Notes under the pieces: model-generated
The model's database searches: none
The model's input: the letters and a program-made list of their open reading frames with translations, nothing else
Told to the model about the DNA's origin: nothing
Part shown: positions 15,848 through 24,277 of the stretch, in pieces
Layout of the letters: each line of letters begins with the position of its first letter
How positions within the stretch are numbered: position 1 is the first letter of the stretch
Assembly: GCA_903878265.1 (NCBI GenBank)
Contig: CAIRHD010000560.1
Location: 1-50,891 of the forward strand
Reading direction: 5' to 3'
From: an uncultured Bacteroidales bacterium
GTDB lineage: Bacteria > Bacteroidota > Bacteroidia > Bacteroidales > UBA4417
DNA: 50,891 bases
Made by a program: the position numbers and the translations under genes

Positions 15848-15872
15848 ATCCCCGCCACACCGTAGCAGGGAT
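15848..15872. terminator. Degenerate second copy of the 10084..10108 hairpin, downstream of the 15934..16845 CDS
   Basis: atccccgccac-acc-gtagcagggat is the same 25-mer as at 10084 with two stem mismatches, followed by ttttt. Confidence 0.4.
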
Positions 15873-15889
15873 TTTTATTTCATAGCACC

Positions 15890-15940
15890 ACTCACTACTC
15901 ACACTTCACTCTTCACTTTTCACTTTTCACTCTTCACTTC
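15890..15940. repeat. Heptamer microsatellite TCACTYT x ~7, overlapping the stop codon of 15934..16845
   Basis: ctcactac tcacact tcactct tcacttt tcacttt tcactct tcacttc, read directly from the sequence. Confidence 0.8.
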
Positions 15941-16845
15941 TTAAGCCTAACAACAACCTCCGTCATCACCCCATCGTTTACAAAAAACGAAGCCTTTTCG
16001 GTTACATATCCACCATAAGCAACCTCGTACAAATACTCACCGGCAGCCAAGACATCCTGGGTTATGCCCCCCTTTGCGCCAGTGCTTTTCACAATGCGCT
16101 TAGCTTCTGTATCTGCCTTATTGCTTATAACCACCTTGGCTTTGGCAACAGGCAGCCCCGTAACATCGTCCAGTACCAATAGTTGCAAAGCACGGGTGCG
16201 GCTGCCCGTGTCAATAATTTTGCGCCGGGTATTGTAATCCGTATAAAACAACTCGTTGCTGTAGTGTACAATTTCTATAAGGGCATCCATTTTCTCAATG
16301 GCATTATCGCCGGTTTTTAGTAGAGCAAGCAGTTCTTCGTTGGTATGCTTGCGGTTATCAATACCGCTGCGTGTCTGTGGCATGGTACGCGTGTATTGCT
16401 CTATCAAGGCAGATAATTCGGTAACATCCTCATCCGTAATCTTATACACGGCAAGCTTGTCGTCTAACGCAACTATTTTTCCAAGCACTTCCGTTCCTTT
16501 GCCAATAAGCTTAAGGTCACTTAGCGCAGCCAACGCACTTTTGGGTAATTGCATCAGCTTTTGCAGGTCCACATCCCCAACCATCACGGCATAAGCATTC
16601 GCCTTGCCAGCCATTTCGGTTATTTTCAAAACCAATAATTCCTTTGTTTGCTTTTTCCCGCCAGTAGTGCCCTTAGTGCTGATGCCCAGTTCGTCCATCA
16701 TGGCCAATACCTCGTCTGTGGTGCTGTTCAATATAACAAACAAAGCCGCGAAGCCAGGTAAGTCATCAGTAACGCTTGTGTTTTTTGCCAAAAAAGTGCG
16801 CAGCACCATCCACATGGCAATCTTGTTCTCGTTTCTTGTTCTCAT
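15934..16845 (-). CDS. Hypothetical protein: helical N-terminal ~215 aa plus a C-terminal CarboxypepD_reg-like beta-sandwich; no signal peptide
   Basis: 303-aa ORF with G/C-richer codon usage similar to the 10155..12560 gene. The C-terminus LQLLVLDDVTGLPVAKAKVVISNK...GEYLYEVAYGGYVTEKASFFVNDGVMTEVVVRLKK resembles carboxypeptidase-regulatory-like domains. I recognise no family for the N-terminal part. Confidence 0.6.
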   Translation of the reverse strand: MRTRNENKIAMWMVLRTFLAKNTSVTDDLPGFAALFVILNSTTDEVLAMMDELGISTKGTTGGKKQTKELLVLKITEMAGKANAYAVMVGDVDLQKLMQLPKSALAALSDLKLIGKGTEVLGKIVALDDKLAVYKITDEDVTELSALIEQYTRTMPQTRSGIDNRKHTNEELLALLKTGDNAIEKMDALIEIVHYSNELFYTDYNTRRKIIDTGSRTRALQLLVLDDVTGLPVAKAKVVISNKADTEAKRIVKSTGAKGGITQDVLAAGEYLYEVAYGGYVTEKASFFVNDGVMTEVVVRLKK

Positions 16846-16979
16846 TTTTCTGTTTTTTTTAGATGAATAATTAAAAAATTTATGACCTCATAAAGGTACA
16901 ACTAAATGCTAACCAACAAATGGATAGCTAAAAATAAAAAAAAACCTGGCCTTAGAGATACAGTTCTACGAACACTCAC

Positions 16980-17265
16980 TACTTGGTGCTGTACGATGCC
17001 TACTTGGTGCTGTACGATGCTTACTTGATACTGTACGAAGCCTACTTGGTACTGTACGATGCCTACTTGATGCTGTACGATGCTTACTGGGTGCTGTACG
17101 ATGCTTACTGGGTGCTGTACGATGCCTACTTGGTGCTGTACGATGCCTACTTGGTGCTGTACGATGCCTACTTGGAGCTGTACGATGCCTACTTGGAGCT
17201 GTACGATGCCTACTTGGAGCTGTACGATGCCTACTTGGTGCTGTACGATACTTACTTGGTGCTGT
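16980..17265. repeat. 21-bp tandem repeat TACTTGGTGCTGTACGATGCC x 13.6, ending in a T9 run
   Basis: The units were counted by hand (16980 + 21n; the 13th unit is 17232..17252, and a partial 14th runs to 17265). Most variation falls at unit positions 5-9 (ttggt / ttgat / tgggt / ttgga) and 18-21. Confidence 0.95.
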
Positions 17266-17485
17266 TTTTTTTTGAAAGCAGTCAGAAAGGTGGCTTTCGG
17301 GTTACCCCGTTATTAAAAAAACGATAAAAGAAAAACAATCTCGGCAAACGTAATGTTTCTGAAAAGCAAAGCCCACCGGTAAAATTCTGCTTACTGCCTG
17401 GGATAATGCCTCCACAGGAGCGGGGAAACAGTGCTTGGTCGTTTTGTAGCTTCATTTATTCAATGTTTGGTATATATAGGAACAA

Positions 17486-19201
17486 CTACTTGAGAATTGC
17501 TTTCCCATAGTTCTCTATCTTAGCCTGCATTTCCGGAGTCAGTTGTTTAACAAGTTCTGCATTGTAGGCCCCGGAAGGCGAATAGGGTGGCTGTTTGTTG
17601 TATATCTGGTTTATGGCAACAGCATAATAGCGCGATAATGCCGGCAACGATCCATCTGCTTCAATCGGATCAACGTCGGTGGCAAATATTGAAACCGTAT
17701 TGTCACTGTTGCGGACTAAATCAAAAGTGCGGAATTGTTGCGTAAAATCCCTCAATGACGGAGTTTCGACCTCCCAGAAACCAAGTTCCGGATGAGCAAG
17801 ATCGGGCGATACCAAGGGAGTAACCTGATTTATATGTCGATGCCCGGCGATCCAAAGGATAAGATTGGGGTAGGTATGGAGTTTGGCAATCAGATCTTTA
17901 TCCGTAACAGCAGCGTGGAGGTTCCAGCCATCAGTTGCGCCAGCCAGTGATACGCCAATGGGTACATGCGCAGCAACTATCATGAGTTTGCCTTCATCCT
18001 GCCCCTTCTGCAGTTCATTCTGAAGCCAGGTATAGCGATCTGCATCAAGGGAGCCATGACCATAATAACTATTATTGGGTTCTTCATTGCTTTGGGTATC
18101 ATCCAGCACAATAACCTTTATTGGAATGTTTGTCCTGGGTTCAAACGTATAGCAGGCGAATCCTGTACTTGCATTGCTTTGATTGAACCCGTGCCCGTTA
18201 GGGATTGAAGTTGAATTAAAAAATTCGCCTATCCATTCTTCTCTCAGGAGCGAACGGCGGTTGGCATCGGCTGAAAGCACCTTGGGAGGGGTTGCGAAAT
18301 TTGCCTGTTCCCCAACGCCTGTAATATCGCCATAACGGGTGCTGCCATCGATTGAACCCATATAGAAACCCCGTGTATCAAATGGTTGTGGAGTGGTTGT
18401 GTTATAATAAATACTGCCTATATTGAGAATCTCATCACCAATATACACTGATCTTGCATAATCGTTTGGTGACAATAAACCCGTCCAGAAATGGTCGTGG
18501 TTGCCCAGTGTCTGGTACCAGGGAATTGTATTATTAAGCCCTTCTGCCTGAAATTCGTCCTGGTAGTCATTATCCGGGCCGGGGATTGGATCGTCCTTGA
18601 TACCGGAATCGGGGGTTATTTTCTTGCCATCGAGTATATCGATATACCATCTGAGCTCGTTGTATTGCATGTTGTTGCAGGCATCGCCCAGGGAGATGCC
18701 GAAATCAAACGGTTTTTCTTTGTGAAGGGCATTGATTGTCCGCACTGCTGCATCAAAAACCCTGGTTGACAAAAGGCAAACGGGTGAATAACCTCCTGAA
18801 ATACCTCCTTTGTAGCCCCAATAGATAGCCGATGCCGGAGATTCTTCGTCAGTAATATGGGTATCGCTAAATGTGAAATAACGCAAAAGATTTGCCGCTT
18901 TAGTGACCGATGTGCTGCTGTAGGCTGCTGGCATCAAATCAAGCCGTTTCTGACAAACTGCGCCCGGGCCATAACTCCACTCTCCATAACCTGGGAAACT
19001 TGGATACCTGGATATCTCATAAGGATACAGCACGGGCCATTCAGATACAACAGCAGGAATAATGGTTCTGTCGAGTGTTGTATAAACCCTGGTTTCTTCG
19101 GGATTTACAGGGTTGTCATCTTTCCTGCAACCGGAGTTGAACAGTAGAGTAAATCCCATTCCTATTAAAAGGGAAATCCAAAAGTTGTTTCTCTTTTTCA
19201 T
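17486..19201 (-). CDS. Exported calcineurin-like metallophosphoesterase lipoprotein, large type (possibly TIGR03768/RPA4764-like), intact copy
   Basis: The probable start is MKKRNNFWISLLIGMGFTLLFNSGCRKDD (ATG at 19201; the ORF-track start at 19306 would overlap the upstream gene). Motifs FTFSDTHITDE, ISLGDACNN, TLGNHDHFW, VAAHVP, IAGHRHIN, with long inserts between them. Confidence 0.85.
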   Translation of the reverse strand: MKKRNNFWISLLIGMGFTLLFNSGCRKDDNPVNPEETRVYTTLDRTIIPAVVSEWPVLYPYEISRYPSFPGYGEWSYGPGAVCQKRLDLMPAAYSSTSVTKAANLLRYFTFSDTHITDEESPASAIYWGYKGGISGGYSPVCLLSTRVFDAAVRTINALHKEKPFDFGISLGDACNNMQYNELRWYIDILDGKKITPDSGIKDDPIPGPDNDYQDEFQAEGLNNTIPWYQTLGNHDHFWTGLLSPNDYARSVYIGDEILNIGSIYYNTTTPQPFDTRGFYMGSIDGSTRYGDITGVGEQANFATPPKVLSADANRRSLLREEWIGEFFNSTSIPNGHGFNQSNASTGFACYTFEPRTNIPIKVIVLDDTQSNEEPNNSYYGHGSLDADRYTWLQNELQKGQDEGKLMIVAAHVPIGVSLAGATDGWNLHAAVTDKDLIAKLHTYPNLILWIAGHRHINQVTPLVSPDLAHPELGFWEVETPSLRDFTQQFRTFDLVRNSDNTVSIFATDVDPIEADGSLPALSRYYAVAINQIYNKQPPYSPSGAYNAELVKQLTPEMQAKIENYGKAILK

Positions 19202-19268
19202 GGAACTTTTATTTATGATTATTTTGTTTTTTAGGATTATACTATCAGGATACCCGATATTTATTTTG

Positions 19269-20294
19269 TCATTTCCCCAAGAAATTATTGGCTCTTCGTT
19301 CGGCATTTTCCCTCAGGTTGTAGTAATACAATGGAATGTCGAAAATGTGGTAAACCCCTAAGCCCATGTTACCTGAGATGGCGGCCATAGCACTGTCGTT
19401 CACGCTGCTGCATATTAAAACACCTTGTGCAGTATCAATTCGGGCATCGGCAAAATCGAGCACCTTTTTATAATAGGTGTGGGTATTGCCGGGCATAAAC
19501 GATCCGAGGCTTTCCGCAGCCGGGGCAGGGGTTTCGTCCCTTCTCCAGTTGATGGGGTTGATCACCAGGCCTATATTGTTTGCCACCACTATATTTGTTC
19601 CCGGAACCACCATAGGTGATTGTGTGTTGTACGAAATTATTACACCTGTATCGTCAGGCCCTTCGGCAAACTTCAGGTGTTTGTTTGCAGCCATAAATTC
19701 AGCCGTAACCGGGTAACCGGTAACATAAGCCGCAATCATACGCGAATAAACTTCCGGATGGCTGGCCATGTATTCCGACAGCAAAAACAACATAACATTG
19801 GCTCCCTGCGAATGACCGGCAAGGATAAACGGGCGGCCGTTGTTGTAATGATTGATGTAGTAATCAAACGCGGCAATCACATCCCTTGCCGGATCCTGCC
19901 TGAGTACCTCCCAACGTTGGTCTTCAGGCAAAACCAGGGTTTGCATGGCGTTGGCCTGGCGGTAATAGGGTGCATAAATATTTCCTGTCGTCTCGAAAGC
20001 GGTAGCCTGGCTTTTAAAGGCATGCAACGAGCCGGCAAGCATGCCTGGATTGTCGATGGCACAATAAAGGGTATTTGTTAAGCTATCCGGGGTCCAGGCG
20101 GTTGGATACAGGTAAAAGATATCCACTTCTTTCTCGGGATCAGCAGGCATTGAAAGCCAGTGTTCGGTTAAAGAATAATCTGTAGGAATGATCCCAGAGG
20201 GCTCCTTATCCTTGATGCAGCCCATTACCGATAGGACCAGAATGACGAGAACCAACCATTTCCCTGTTTGCTTCAGTATACTATGAGTGTTCAT
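19269..20294 (-). CDS. DUF3089-like alpha/beta hydrolase lipoprotein (paralog 1)
   Basis: Lipobox LSVMGCIKDK. Motifs DIFYLYPT, NIYAPYYRQAN and the nucleophile elbow LAGHSQGAN. 341 aa. Roughly 85-90% nucleotide identity, judged by eye, to 21372..22388 over long stretches. Confidence 0.8.
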   Translation of the reverse strand: MNTHSILKQTGKWLVLVILVLSVMGCIKDKEPSGIIPTDYSLTEHWLSMPADPEKEVDIFYLYPTAWTPDSLTNTLYCAIDNPGMLAGSLHAFKSQATAFETTGNIYAPYYRQANAMQTLVLPEDQRWEVLRQDPARDVIAAFDYYINHYNNGRPFILAGHSQGANVMLFLLSEYMASHPEVYSRMIAAYVTGYPVTAEFMAANKHLKFAEGPDDTGVIISYNTQSPMVVPGTNIVVANNIGLVINPINWRRDETPAPAAESLGSFMPGNTHTYYKKVLDFADARIDTAQGVLICSSVNDSAMAAISGNMGLGVYHIFDIPLYYYNLRENAERRANNFLGK

Positions 20295-20320
20295 TTCAAG
20301 CTATTTTTAAATCCATGTAC

Positions 20321-21343
20321 TTATTTCCCAATGAATGCATTGGCCCTTCGTTCGGCGTTTTCGCGGATATTGTAATAGTAAAACGGGAAATCCCAGGCAT
20401 GGTAAACACCCAGACCCATATTGGAGGCAGGCTGGTACAGGGCGTTTTCATCCACGCTGCTGCATACCAGTACGCCCTTAGTTAAATCTACACGGGCATC
20501 GGCAAAAGCAGGAACTTTTACAAATACGTTACCCTGACCCGGCATAAAGGACCCCAGGCTTTCGGATGCCGGGGCCGGGGTTTCATCCCTTTTCCAGTTT
20601 ATTGGGTTGGTTGCCATTCCTACGCTGTCGGTCATAATTACATTACCTCCTGGCTTTACGTTCGGCGATTGGGTATTGAACGAGACGATTACTCCCAGGT
20701 CATCAGCACCTTCGGCAAATTTCAGGTGCTTATTGGTAGCCAGGAAACTGGCCGTCAAAGGATAACCGATCGCGTAAGCGGCAATCATCCGTGAATATAC
20801 CTCCGGGTGCTCATTCATATACCGCGACAATAAGAATAACATCATATGCGATCCCTGCGAGTGGCCGGTAAGGATAAAAGGACGGCCATGGTTGTAATTC
20901 CGGATATAGTAATCGAAAGCAGCAATCACATCGGCTACCGGCAGGCTGTCAGCAAGTTCCCAGCGTTCTGCCTCCGTCAAGCTCTGGGCAAGCGTAGCAT
21001 TCAACTGGCGATAATAGGGTGCATAGATGTTACCAACCGTTTCGAAAGCAGTAGCCTGCATACTGAAAGCAAACGCTGAACCTTTAAGCATACTGCTATT
21101 GTCGACGGTGCAATAAATAGAATTTGTCAGGCTGTCCGGGGTCCAGGAAGTCGGGTACAGGTAAAAGATATCTGCCGGTTTATCGGGCTTAGCCGGTAAT
21201 GAAAGCCAGTGTTCGGTTAAAGAATAATCTGTAGGAATGATCCCTGTCGGATTCTCATCCTTGGTGCAGCTCATTACCGACAGGGCCAGAATGGCGGAGA
21301 CCGACCATTTCCCTGTTTGATGCAGTATTGAATGTATATTCAT
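20321..21343 (-). CDS. DUF3089-like alpha/beta hydrolase lipoprotein (paralog 2)
   Basis: LSVMSCTKDE; DIFYLYPT; NIYAPYYRQLN; LTGHSQGSH. 340 aa. There is a 26-nt gap to the downstream paralog. Confidence 0.8.
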   Translation of the reverse strand: MNIHSILHQTGKWSVSAILALSVMSCTKDENPTGIIPTDYSLTEHWLSLPAKPDKPADIFYLYPTSWTPDSLTNSIYCTVDNSSMLKGSAFAFSMQATAFETVGNIYAPYYRQLNATLAQSLTEAERWELADSLPVADVIAAFDYYIRNYNHGRPFILTGHSQGSHMMLFLLSRYMNEHPEVYSRMIAAYAIGYPLTASFLATNKHLKFAEGADDLGVIVSFNTQSPNVKPGGNVIMTDSVGMATNPINWKRDETPAPASESLGSFMPGQGNVFVKVPAFADARVDLTKGVLVCSSVDENALYQPASNMGLGVYHAWDFPFYYYNIRENAERRANAFIGK

Positions 21344-21371
21344 TTCTGGATGTTTTTTAATTCACGGATGC

Positions 21372-22388
21372 TTATTTCCCTAAAAATTTACCGGCCCTGT
21401 TTTCGGCATTCTGCCGCAGGTTGTAATAGTAAAACGGGATATCAAAGCCGTGGTAAATGCCTAATCCCATACCACCTGAAAGTTTAAACATGGCACTGTC
21501 GTTCACGCTGCTGCAGATCAGAACCCCCTGCGTTAAATCAATACGTGCATCGGCTAAATTTAACACCTTTACATAACTGTTGTCAGCACCAGGCCACGAG
21601 GAACCCAGGCTTTCGGATGCCGGAGCTAAAGTTTCGTCCCTTTTCCAGTTGACAGGATTTATCACCAGGCCAATATTGTTTCCCACCACTATGTTTGTCC
21701 CCTGCGTTACTTTGGGCGACTGCGTGTTGTAGGAAATGATCACGCCGGTATCGTCAGGGCCTTCGGCAAATTTCAGATGCTTATTGGCTGCCATAAATTC
21801 AGTTGTGACCGGGTAACCGATCACATAAGCCGCAATCATCCGTGAGTAAACTTCCGGATGGCTGACCATGTATTCGGACAGCAAAAACAACAATACATTG
21901 GCTCCCTGCGAATGACCGGCAAGGATAAACGGTCTGCCGTTATTGTAATGGGTGATGTAGTAATCAAATGCCGCAACAGCATCCTTGGCTGGAACCTGCT
22001 TCAGTATGTCCCACCGCTGGTCTTCGGGCAAAACAAGGGTTCGATAGGCATTGGCCTGCCGGTAATAGGGTGCGTAAATATTCCCTGCTGTTTCGAAGGC
22101 AAGCGCCTGGTTGCTGAATGCTTTAGCGGAACCTGCAAGCATGGTGGCGTCGTCGATTTCACAATAGAGCGGATTTGTTACGCTATCCGGTGTCCAGACG
22201 GTTGGATACAGGTAAAAGATATCCACGGGTTTAGCGGGATCAGTTGGTAGTGCGAGCCAGTGTGCGGAGTTCGCGTAATCGGAGACATCCGAAGTATCAG
22301 TATCTTTTTTGCACGCTGCATTTCCGATAATAAAAAGGAGAATGACTGATAACAAGCCTATTGTGTGTAAAAAGTAAATTTTTCTCAT
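21372..22388 (-). CDS. DUF3089-like alpha/beta hydrolase lipoprotein (paralog 3)
   Basis: IGNAACKKDT; DIFYLYPT; NIYAPYYRQAN; LAGHSQGAN. 338 aa. There is a 28-nt gap to the downstream paralog. Confidence 0.8.
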   Translation of the reverse strand: MRKIYFLHTIGLLSVILLFIIGNAACKKDTDTSDVSDYANSAHWLALPTDPAKPVDIFYLYPTVWTPDSVTNPLYCEIDDATMLAGSAKAFSNQALAFETAGNIYAPYYRQANAYRTLVLPEDQRWDILKQVPAKDAVAAFDYYITHYNNGRPFILAGHSQGANVLLFLLSEYMVSHPEVYSRMIAAYVIGYPVTTEFMAANKHLKFAEGPDDTGVIISYNTQSPKVTQGTNIVVGNNIGLVINPVNWKRDETLAPASESLGSSWPGADNSYVKVLNLADARIDLTQGVLICSSVNDSAMFKLSGGMGLGIYHGFDIPFYYYNLRQNAENRAGKFLGK

Positions 22389-22416
22389 GATGAGTCGGTT
22401 TTAATGTTACTGTGGA

Positions 22417-22500
22417 TTATTTCCCGCCTGTTACTCTGTATGCCTTAATTTTTGCCTGCATTTCGGTGCTCAGAGGGACAATCAGTAGGTGGTTTTTCAT
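22417..22500 (-). pseudogene. Possible 27-codon relic of a large-type metallophosphoesterase C-terminus
   Basis: The minus strand translates to MKNHLLIVPLSTEMQAKIKAYRVTGGK*. The intact 17486..19201 protein ends ...NAELVKQLTPEMQAKIENYGKAILK*. The match is short, so this is tentative. Confidence 0.45.
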
Positions 22501-22543
22501 TATGCATTATGTATCATTCCGTATAAAAAGGCATTTAGTGGAA

Positions 22544-22580
22544 ATTCACAACTATCAGGTATATCCTGATAGCTGTGAAT
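22544..22580 (-). terminator. Hairpin downstream of the 22662..24179 CDS
   Basis: attcacaactatcagg-tatat-cctgatagctgtgaat forms a 16-bp stem with one mismatch. Confidence 0.45.
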
Positions 22581-22661
22581 AAATCGTATTTAACAAGTCG
22601 TTACCCAATTGCCGGAAAACTCCCCTTATTGATTGTGATTACTTCAACAGTATCAGTTTCT

Positions 22662-24179
22662 TTATCGCTTAACAAGTTTACTGGTAAAAGATGATTTATC
22701 AGTTTGAACACTGATAAAATAGATTCCGGCAGCCAGGGTTGAAACAGAAAAATCGTTCGTAAAAAACTCCTGGATTAACTTTCCCTGAAGGTTGCAAAGC
22801 CTGATGCTTTTGATTTTTGAATTGACATTGCTCAGATGCACAATATCCGTTGTTGGATTTGGGTATACACGAATGGAATTTTCAACTTCAGCAACTTCCG
22901 GAACTGAAGTACTGGGATTGGTGATTGCGATCAATTCCGGCAACAGATTCAATAAATCACCCTGTACGAATTGCATATCCCAACAATGATAGTTAGTGTT
23001 GGCATATTTTATATTAGGATCAGAAAATGAACTGCTGTCGGGTATAGGTATTGAAGGGAATAAAGAGAATAAAGGATTTGTAGGATCATTTATAAATGGA
23101 TTCGGTATTGATCTCAAATCAAAGGTAACGGGCAAAAGATCAATCATTAAATAAGTGCAACCGGGTTTATTGGGCACCGATAAAAACTGTGCACCGAACA
23201 TATCATCAAAACCCCAGTACTGAGAGCTATCAGGCGACATCGAAATGTAACGGGTAACCGGCTTATGGATAGAATAACCAAAATCATAATTTGAATCGCT
23301 ATGCCTGTTGTTTACCGTATCGTAGGTTTGATAGAGCAAGCCTCTATCCACGAAATATTGGTTATAAAAAATAGAAGCTGCATCAATTGCCGATCCTTCG
23401 TATCCGTTTTTCCAGGAGCGCCAGCTTATTATACAACCACTTTCAAGCGGGAGGCTGGAATCAAGTGTTTTAATATGTTCGAGTGAGCCGCCGGTTCTGC
23501 TTCCGTCGGTTGCAGCATAATTTGGTTCGCCTCCCGAAAGGGCAACTACTAACTGCGACTTAAGGACCGGGTTATTATCAAATCTTCTGTGTAACAAAAA
23601 CCGCATCATATCCGATCCTTGTGAATGCCCTATCAGAATAATCTTATGCCCCTTATTATAATTTTGAATGTAATTATCAAAGGCAGCTTCAATATCCTTG
23701 TAAGCTGTTTCAAAATAATCAGCCAGTTCCAATTTTTCCGGTTCTGATAAATTGTGCATCATAAAAACGCCGATTGTTGCTTGTTTGTAGTACGGCGCAA
23801 ATACCCGACCATACTGTGCATAAATACCCGCTTGCTCACGAAACACAAATTCCGCAACAGCCCTGTCAATATTTTCTATAGCTGTGTTACCTTTGGCCAT
23901 ATCCATGTTAATTGTAGGATACATATAAAATATATCTACCAGCGTGTCGGTATATCGGGGATAAATTGTATCAAATTTATGTGTAGTATCTGAATTCAGA
24001 ACTGACAGTTTTAAATCATACTGTCGGGCAACATCCGTAGTTTTCAAAACAGGATGACACATCCAGTTCTGCGGGAGATTGTAGTCAGGTATTTGGGCAA
24101 TTGCTGAAGCAGACAGAGTAATAACCAAGGCTGAAAATAACACTGCCTTCAAATTCATAAATCGTTTGTTCGTTTTCAT
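22662..24179 (-). CDS. DUF3089-like alpha/beta hydrolase with a T9SS type-A C-terminal sorting domain (secreted paralog)
   Basis: It has a Sec signal ending ASAIAQ with no lipobox. Motifs DIFYMYPT, RVFAPYYKQAT, LIGHSQGSD. An extra ~90-aa C-terminus reads IRVYPNPTTDIVHLSNV...AAGIYFISVQTDKSSFTSKLVKR (Por_Secre_tail type). Confidence 0.8.
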   Translation of the reverse strand: MKTNKRFMNLKAVLFSALVITLSASAIAQIPDYNLPQNWMCHPVLKTTDVARQYDLKLSVLNSDTTHKFDTIYPRYTDTLVDIFYMYPTINMDMAKGNTAIENIDRAVAEFVFREQAGIYAQYGRVFAPYYKQATIGVFMMHNLSEPEKLELADYFETAYKDIEAAFDNYIQNYNKGHKIILIGHSQGSDMMRFLLHRRFDNNPVLKSQLVVALSGGEPNYAATDGSRTGGSLEHIKTLDSSLPLESGCIISWRSWKNGYEGSAIDAASIFYNQYFVDRGLLYQTYDTVNNRHSDSNYDFGYSIHKPVTRYISMSPDSSQYWGFDDMFGAQFLSVPNKPGCTYLMIDLLPVTFDLRSIPNPFINDPTNPLFSLFPSIPIPDSSSFSDPNIKYANTNYHCWDMQFVQGDLLNLLPELIAITNPSTSVPEVAEVENSIRVYPNPTTDIVHLSNVNSKIKSIRLCNLQGKLIQEFFTNDFSVSTLAAGIYFISVQTDKSSFTSKLVKR

Positions 24180-24239
24180 AGGAATGCTGTTTTATGCTGG
24201 TTAAACCCTGTTTTAATTTTACTCTGGCAGATAAACTGA

Positions 24240-24264
24240 AGCGCGTCATAAAATATGACGCGCT
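24240..24264 (-). terminator. Perfect 11-bp-stem hairpin 14 nt downstream of the 24278..26830 CDS
   Basis: agcgcgtcata-aaa-tatgacgcgct, read directly. The following minus-strand sequence (ttcagtttatctgcc) is only moderately T-rich. Confidence 0.55.
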
Positions 24265-24277
24265 CCAGCCAGCAACA

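Noticed and set aside
13155-17265. Possible CRISPR arrays (the REP array at 13155..13880 and the 21-bp array at 16980..17265; the arrays at 48680..48943 were considered too).
   Set aside because: None has unique spacers between repeats. The 21-, 14- and 7-nt arrays are head-to-tail. The REP array alternates two related half-units rather than repeat and spacer. No cas genes are present in the window.
16983-17327. ORF-track proteins with heptad repeats (LVLYDAY)n at 16983..17327 and (MPTWCCT)n at 17080..17316.
   Set aside because: They are translations of the 21-bp tandem DNA repeat. The first starts at a TTG codon with no ribosome-binding context. The repeat is open in several frames simply because the 21-mer lacks stops in them, and the composition is implausible for a folded or secreted protein.
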